Of a DNA stretch of 15,871 nucleotides, positions 15,801 to 15,871 are shown piece by piece. The position numbers and the translations under genes were made by a program. The stretch is from positions 1-15,871 of the forward strand of contig JBGAGQ010000100.1 of assembly GCA_044226625.1 (NCBI GenBank), read 5' to 3'. Position 1 is the stretch's first letter; the number at the start of each line of letters is the position of its first letter. A model generated the notes under the pieces. It was not told the DNA's origin. It saw nothing but the letters and a program-made list of their open reading frames with translations, and made no database searches. This DNA comes from Thermoanaerobaculia bacterium (GTDB lineage: Bacteria > Acidobacteriota > Thermoanaerobaculia > Multivoradales > UBA5704).

Positions 15801-15871
15801 AACCCGGCCAGCAGCCGCGCCCCGGTCGCCGGATCGAACAGATCGAGGTTCACTTCCAGTTGCGCTTCCAG
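701..15871 (-). CDS. Giant multimodular non-ribosomal peptide synthetase, 5'-truncated by the window edge: (C)-A-T-C-A-T-C-A-T-C-A-T-C-A-T-tail
   Basis: The frame is open from the window edge: 15871 reads LEAQLEVNLDLFDPATG, so the GTG at 15853 is an internal Val, not a start. It runs to TGA at 701-703 (>5050 aa). It contains five YTSGSTGxPKGV (A3 core), five NxYGPTE (A5), five TGD (A7), five GRxDxQIKIRG (A8), five GGHSL carrier motifs and four HHxxxDG motifs. Confidence 0.98.
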   Translation of the reverse strand: MEAQLEVNLDLFDPATGARLLAGFERMAWELTEAPERLLAEAELLGRAERHQLLYEWNEGGEELPGRVIHDFVRRWARERPDALALESEHEPGRRYSWAELDAHTESVARRLAGLGVGPEKVVGVSIERSVDRVLAMIAIWKAGGCYLPIDPELPVERRRLLVVDSRAVAVVGRSAYWEDLTSEWEGWHGRVAPLLLSKEDGLPEVGDFGPEERPRSVVAENLAYLIYTSGSTGIPKGVGVSHRHAVGHFAAASDFYRMDEGDRLVQFASASFDVSMEQVGVALASGGTLVVRGPEMPNPLEISAWIGRLGLTVANLPTAVWSEWTWSQEPLPRALRLVIVGGEAMAPAAAERFRRRLEEMEGPPVVLNGYGPTETVVTASCYDLGFGRLSESGSVSIGRLLPNRTGYVVDGEDRLAPTGGIGELVLGGLLARGYFDRPDLTAERFRPNPLTDKDGERLYRTGDRVRQRGDGSFDYLGRLDQQIKIRGFRIEPGEIEAALEAHPEIKEAIVLARESPGTGKRLIAWVRSLDGVGLRDSAELRSFLKGRLPEYMVPAAIVEVDEWPLSPSGKIDRRALPDPAIQETVERIAPRTPTEEIVAGMFGELLGASDVGAEADFFALGGHSLLATQLASRIRKTFGIELPLAELFSGSTVVQIAERIEAASGVAQAPPLVRVERPALIPLSFAQERLWFLDRLDPGSSTYQIGFRLQVEGDLDVSALTVALGEIVARHEPLRTSFPTLDGTPRQEIAPAYGVPFPLSRIDLGALPESTVREEAARAAGSFGKRPFDLARGPVVAGAHVSLGAGSCELVFSFHHIATDGWSMALFSKELVALYTAAVDRRGAFPTTRPILPPLPIAYADFAIWQRRWLAGEVYERELSWWREHLEGAPEVPELPADRPRPARRIHPTSHLVFRELSVERTAALEARARAAGATPFMVLLAGWAGLLSRLGAGADLVIGTPVANRNRAETEGLIGFFVNSLPLRIQARLEDSLDQLVASARTIALAAYAHQDFPFERLVAELPGARGSGAPPIFSTSLVVQNVPETAKLPGVKTRIVPLHGGGPKVDLGVGVSPIPEPGGERYSIRLEIDLDLYDPATGARLLSGFEAMLREMAERPEIPLLDAQLISREERHQLLIEGVPEASRRSTLLLPDFLARNARERPDDWALESEHEPARRATWREVDALAEGIAHRLAALGAGPERVVGVSLEWSVDRPLAVWAIWKAGACYLPVDPELPVERRALLLRDAGVVALITRDELWHELSAAAPDLIETQRVRPLLLSHEGTPLEPGPEAAPTPALPENLAYILYTSGSTGTPKGVGVAHAEAAVHLAAMVGAYRMGRSERILQFAAASFDVSMEQIGIALTSGGTLVVRGPVLPAPAELSDWLGRLRITQAHISTAIWNEWGWSDPESAALPSTLRSVIVGGEAMGAAAAGRFARLLRASAEPPVLWNGYGPTETVIDATLQEVRIEELGGRATVPVGRLLPHRSGYVADSSGAPLPRDGRGELLLGGLLARGYLGRPDLTAERFRPDGTSSEPGARVYWTGDRARRVDGEAFEFLGRLDHQIKIRGIRIEPGEIEAALSAHPRIMEAIVLARGASSDLRLIAWWRPRAEGVSGPLPSSDELRRFLAGRLPDFMIPAAFVEIPEWPKTATGKVDRKMLPEPAAVESATRHVPPRTPTEEIVAGAFAELLSRDGTRDVGPIGAESDFFALGGHSLLATQLASRLRRAFEVELPLSELFVAGTVAEIAARIDGRSDALRDPVTAQRPLERAERRGNRAPLSFAQERLWFLDRLEPGRATYNVGFRLTLSGSLDLSALGAAVATVVARHEPLRSRIVAADPAPVAEIAPPEREARRLSTVDLGRLAADGIEEREATRIARSFGRRPFDLARRPLFRPALVVRGRGAFDALFSFHHVATDGWSTAIFSREFAEAYAAAIERRPARFAVLPMAYSDWAAWQREVLSGARYEAELSWWRETLRGAPERLELPFDRPAGLLEGAARRRAAWVGRDLDGDLRDALERRARAQGATLFMTLLASWAGLLSRFGAGRDLVIGVPVANRNRAEMEGLIGLFVNSLALRIATDGASLGELLARVRRAALAAYAHQDFPFDRLVAEIAPARGTAGPPIYQTLASLQNLPEPVTLPGVECRVEELGGDTAKLDLSLVVLPKREVEIAAVGGGGEGDLRAFLELNLDRFDPATGARLLAAFERMAEAVAGHPERALSEVEVFGPAERHQMLCEWNASGWERGGERAADVEACVHDFVARWAREQPEAIALESEHEPERRVSWAELDAHTEVLARRLVGLGVGPETVVAVSLDWSVDRVLAMVAVWKAGGCYLPVDPVLPMERQRLLVVDSGTVVVVSRGAFWEGLTSEWEGWIGRVVPLLLSKEGGLPEGEDFGAEVAPRRVEAENLAYLIYTSGSTGKPKGVGVAHGEAVRHFASSVERYGWSERDRVALLGAMSFDLSVDQVGCALAAGATLVVRGPEMPAPSEFSAWLERLQISCVTMPTPLFAEWTRSDRPLPEALRMFYAGGEAMPAEAASRLRERVERGSSLLALNAYGPTEAVVAATCHDVLRGALPEVGSVSIGRLLPGRAGFVVDEVGNPVPLGGIGELALGGLLARGYLDRPDLTAERFRPNPFTDAFFGARLYRTGDRVRQRGDGTFDHLGRLDQQIKIRGFRIELGEIEAALAAHPQVIDSIVAVRETPAIGKRLVGWVRLRAEVRWPDLRSHLAKSLPEYMVPSAFVEVEVWPLTPSGKIDRRALPDPVFDGEVGERTAPRTPIEEIVAGVFGELLGIDGGGGVGVEGDFFALGGHSLLATRLVSRVREVFGIELPLTEVFARSTVGAVAAAVEEKLTEGKRAEPIARGASESDEVPLSFAQERLWFLDRLEPGSAAYNIGFGLALEGALSVPALDAALSAVVARHEPLRTRYVQVGDLARQIVDPPPISFSRFPCVDLQGISVLGSSGEAARIGGLLGRRPFDLARGPVVRVLLVRRGPTLHDAIFSFHHIAIDGWSMSVFSREIAEAYTSFVEERAAHLPELPISYSDWTIWQRRQLSGPYYERELAWWKERLAGAPEAVELPADRPRPSGPKRRAALVHRSLAPKLARAVRTRANAEASTPFMMLFAAWAGLLSRLGSGRDLVIGSPIANRNRSETEGLIGFFVNSLALRIPADPSAPLRSLLTHAREASIGAFAHQDFPFERLVAELGVARGGNVPPVYQVSFAFQNLPDVAPEAMRLPGLETTVRGLSGGAAKLDLALVVSPAGDGWLAELELNTDLFDPATGARLLAGFERMARAVAEVPERPLAEAELLGRLERHQLLYEWNEGGEELPARVVHDFVRRWAREKPEALALESEHEPGRRVSWAELDGHTDRLARRLAGLGVGPEKVVGVSLERSVDRVLAMIAIWKAGGCYLPVDPELPVGRRRLLVVDSGAVVLVGRSAFWEDLTSGWEGWHGRVAPLLLSKEDGLPEGEDFGAEECPRSAVAENLAYLIYTSGSTGTPKGVGVSHRHAVGHFAAASAFYGMDGSDRVVQFASASFDVSMEQVGVALASGGPLMVRGPEMPNPSELSAWLERWGVTIANLPTAVWTEWSWGAEPLPPSLKVLITGGEAMAPAAAERFRRRLEGMDNPPVVYNGYGPTETVVTATCYDLSVGRLPESGSVSIGRLLPKRTGYVVDEADRLVPLGGIGELVLGGLLARGYLDRPDLTAERFRPNPFTDRDGERLYRTGDRVRQRGDGGFDYLGRLDQQIKIRGFRIEPGEIEAALEAHPQIKEAIVLARESAGTGKRLIAWVRWVTLLEGGEREAFAELRTYLSGRLPAYMVPSAIVAMEEWPLTPSGKVDRRALPDPDLASNVAEGIALRTPTEEIVAGLFAELLGAVAVGAEADFFALGGHSLLATRLVSRIRGTFGVEMPLSEVFSGSTVAQIAARIDAQAGRSHSTLGPIVARERSARLPLSFAQERLWFLDRLEPESSAYNVGFRLSLAGEVSAAALAGSLAALAERHEPLRTRFEMADGRPVQRIDSSVAISLPRIDLSGLGRRSGPHAEGLAARWGRQPFDLARGPVFRAVVVHREARRDEAWFLFHHIATDGWSTGVFSHELVETYSAALERRPARLAPLAIGYADWAIWQREVFAGEVYARELAWWRERLAGAPQATELPVDRPRPARPSKLAQTVRLDLPANLSASLAASARSFGATPYMVLLAGWTGLLSRLGAGRDLIVGLPIANRNRIETEGLVGFFVNTLAIRLAVEAERPLDDLLRAARSAALDAYAHQDFPFDRLVAELGGARGGAPPLFSVSLMLQNLPEPVLLSGVPAEIAELGGGRAKLDLSLALVAGPDAGLRALLELDLDLFDPATGARMLSGFVAMLGEIVGNPGRRLAEVELLGPSERHQLLVEWNDLGRELPPTRVHDWIARHAAERPEAIALESEHEPGRRYTWREVAARTDRLARRLASLGAGPERVVGVSLERSVDRVLAIYAIWKAGACYLPVDPELPVERRALLLGDARAMALIAREAFFVDLPLGLSGPGGAVAPLLLGGDGMPLAPGPEETPRAALAENLAYLLYTSGSTGTPKGVAISHRHAAGHFAAAASFYRMDPTDRVVQFAAASFDVSMEQIGVALASGGALFVRGPELPNPLELSAWMDRHRITNANLPTAVWTEWSRAEDPLPEGLRVLVTGGEAMTPAAAERFRKRMAMRPTSPVVYNGYGPTETVVTATCQDLSVGRLADSGSVSIGRLLPDRTGYVVDEGDRLAPLGGTGELVLGGLLARGYLDRPDLTAERFRPNPFADKDGERLYRTGDRVRQRGDGSFDYLGRIDQQIKIRGFRIEPGEIEAALEAHPTVVDAIVLAREMPGAGKRLIAWYRPPEISREALSETAATRAAEIRRFLSARLPEYMVPAAFVEILGDWPVSATGKIDRRALPEPTRTETPERTAPRTAVQRMIASFWRDALPELGDDLAIEDSFFEIGGHSLLAVQVASKVSATFQVDLPLKRLFEAPTIEGLEAAVLAVERRPEQSEKIARVLLRMREMSPEAREKVRAAGS
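800..1030 (-). other. Terminal peptidyl carrier (T) domain T5
   Basis: SFFEIGGHSLLAVQV; Ser codon at 920-922; followed by only ~33 residues and the stop codon. Confidence 0.93.
1062..2612 (-). other. Adenylation domain A5; manual specificity code DVENVGGVTK (one conservative change from A1/A4)
   Basis: YLLYTSGSTGTPKGV (~2108-2152), SFDVSMEQ, TNANLPT, LVTGGE, NGYGPTETVVT, PVSATGKIDRRALP. Confidence 0.92.
2690..3982 (-). other. Condensation domain C5 (LCL-type)
   Basis: PLSFAQERLWFL; HHIATDG at 3569-3589; VGLPIANRNRIETEGLVGFFVNTL; AYAHQDFPFDRLV. Confidence 0.92.
4045..4260 (-). other. Peptidyl carrier (T) domain T4
   Basis: DFFALGGHSLLA; Ser codon at 4157-4159. Confidence 0.95.
4295..5840 (-). 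other. Adenylation domain A4; manual specificity code DVENIGGVTK (same as A1)
   Basis: YLIYTSGSTGTPKGV (~5327-5371), SFDVSMEQ, TIANLPT, LITGGE, NGYGPTETVVT, PLTPSGKVDRRALP. Confidence 0.92.
5130..6020. repeat. GRINS-like skewed intragenic repeat, copy 3 (end of C4 and N-terminal half of A4)
   Basis: Near-identical to copy 1. Hand counts: 5521-5580 C29/G8/A14/T9; 5641-5700 C32/G7/A14/T7. Boundaries approximate. Confidence 0.8.
5920..7230 (-). other. Condensation domain C4 (LCL-type)
   Basis: PLSFAQERLWFL; HHIAIDG at 6809-6829; IGSPIANRNRSETEGLIGFFVNSL; AFAHQDFPFERLV. Confidence 0.92.
7290..7520 (-). other. Peptidyl carrier (T) domain T3
   Basis: DFFALGGHSLLA; Ser codon at 7406-7408; Gly/Val-rich segment LGIDGGGGVGVEG before the motif. 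Confidence 0.95.
7555..9080 (-). other. Adenylation domain A3; manual specificity code DLDTYGAVAK (substrate not recognised)
   Basis: YLIYTSGSTGKPKGV (~8567-8611), SFDLSVDQ, SCVTMPT, FYAGGE, NAYGPTEAVVA, PLTPSGKIDRRALP. Confidence 0.92.
8570..9270. repeat. GRINS-like skewed intragenic repeat, copy 2 (end of C3 and N-terminal part of A3)
   Basis: Shares exact AGATACGCAAGGTTTTCCGCC (8607-8627, 5367-5387, 15195-15215) and CCTCCTTACTGAGAAGAAGCGG (8683-8704, 5443-5464, 15271-15292) with the other copies. Hand count 8881-8940: C27/G12/A16/T5. Boundaries approximate. Confidence 0.75.
9180..10522 (-). other. Condensation domain C3 (LCL-type)
   Basis: PLSFAQERLWFL; HHVATDG at 10100-10120; IGVPVANRNRAEMEGLIGLFVNSL; AYAHQDFPFDRLV. 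Confidence 0.92.
10595..10835 (-). other. Peptidyl carrier (T) domain T2
   Basis: DFFALGGHSLLA; Ser codon at 10712-10714; short insertion (RDGTRDVG) before the motif. Confidence 0.95.
10870..12420 (-). other. Adenylation domain A2; manual specificity code DVEHIGGIDK (basic amino acid, Orn/Lys/Arg-like, inferred)
   Basis: YILYTSGSTGTPKGV (~11905-11950), SFDVSMEQ, TQAHIST, VIVGGE, NGYGPTETVID, YWTGD, PKTATGKVDRKMLP. Confidence 0.92.
12500..13825 (-). other. Condensation domain C2 (LCL-type)
   Basis: Starts with PLSFAQERLWFL. HHIATDG at 13406-13426. Also has IGTPVANRNRAETEGLIGFFVNSL and AYAHQDFPFERLV, which are LCL-type motifs. Confidence 0.92.
13880..14105 (-). other. Peptidyl carrier (T) domain T1
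   Basis: DFFALGGHSLLA; phosphopantetheine Ser codon at 13997-13999. Confidence 0.95.
14135..15670 (-). other. Adenylation domain A1; manual specificity code DVENIGGVTK (basic amino acid, Arg-like, inferred)
   Basis: YLIYTSGSTGIPKGV (~15155-15199), SFDVSMEQ, TVANLPT, VIVGGE, NGYGPTETVVT, PLSPSGKIDRRALP. It is preceded by the tail of a C domain (15871-~15730). Confidence 0.92.
14960..15850. repeat. GRINS-like skewed intragenic repeat, copy 1 (end of C1 and N-terminal half of A1)
   Basis: Near-identical to ~5130-6020 (offset 9828 nt). Example: the exact 37-mer CCTCCGGAAGCCCATCCTCCTTACTGAGAAGAAGCGG occurs at 15256-15292 and 5428-5464. Hand counts on the + strand: 15301-15360 C30/G10/A9/T11; 15481-15540 C28/G11/A13/T8. 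Boundaries approximate. Confidence 0.8.

Noticed and set aside
15851-15853. GTG start given by the ORF track for the 5050-aa protein
   Set aside because: The frame stays open to the window edge (LEAQLE-V-NLDLFD) and the sequence aligns with the end of C2-C5, so this is an internal Val codon.
701-15871. Epimerisation, dual E/C, heterocyclisation, methyltransferase or inactive domains within the NRPS
   Set aside because: Module spacing of ~3.2-3.3 kb leaves no room for extra domains. All four C domains have intact HHxxxDG with LCL-type motifs, all T domains have GGHSL, and all A domains keep the A10 Lys.
1-15871. CRISPR arrays, tRNA/rRNA genes, IS elements, or a reverse-transcriptase/DGR explanation for the repeats
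   Set aside because: The window is almost entirely protein-coding, with no spacer-repeat array, transposase or RT gene. Differences between the repeat copies are not obviously confined to adenines, as a DGR template/variable pair would require.
1-15871. Taxonomic assignment (the NRPS style suggested Acidobacteriota or a similar high-GC lineage)
   Set aside because: This is an impression only; no marker gene is present and a database search would be needed.

Overview
High-GC window with two convergent genes. (1) 31..678 (+) encodes a MocA/MobA-family NTP transferase, most like a molybdenum-cofactor cytidylyltransferase. It is preceded by a TAGACT-N6-ATG signature typical of leaderless transcripts. 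(2) 701..>15871 (-) is the 3' ~15.2 kb of a giant NRPS gene whose 5' end lies outside the window. Its architecture is (C tail)-A1-T1-C2-A2-T2-C3-A3-T3-C4-A4-T4-C5-A5-T5-short helical tail, with no TE, reductase, epimerase or methyltransferase domain. Four observations stand out. First, three ~0.9-1 kb near-identical repeats with strong C>G and mostly A>T skew (GRINS-like) cover the N-terminal halves of A1, A3 and A4 and appear to recode them toward Trp/Val/Gly/Glu. Second, A5 and A3 look like mosaics produced by subdomain swaps. Third, all five A-domain pockets carry an acidic residue at position 239, suggesting a polycationic peptide. Fourth, the last module has no release domain even though the gene is the last on its strand. 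Domain boundaries are approximate, and specificity codes were read by eye against GrsA numbering.
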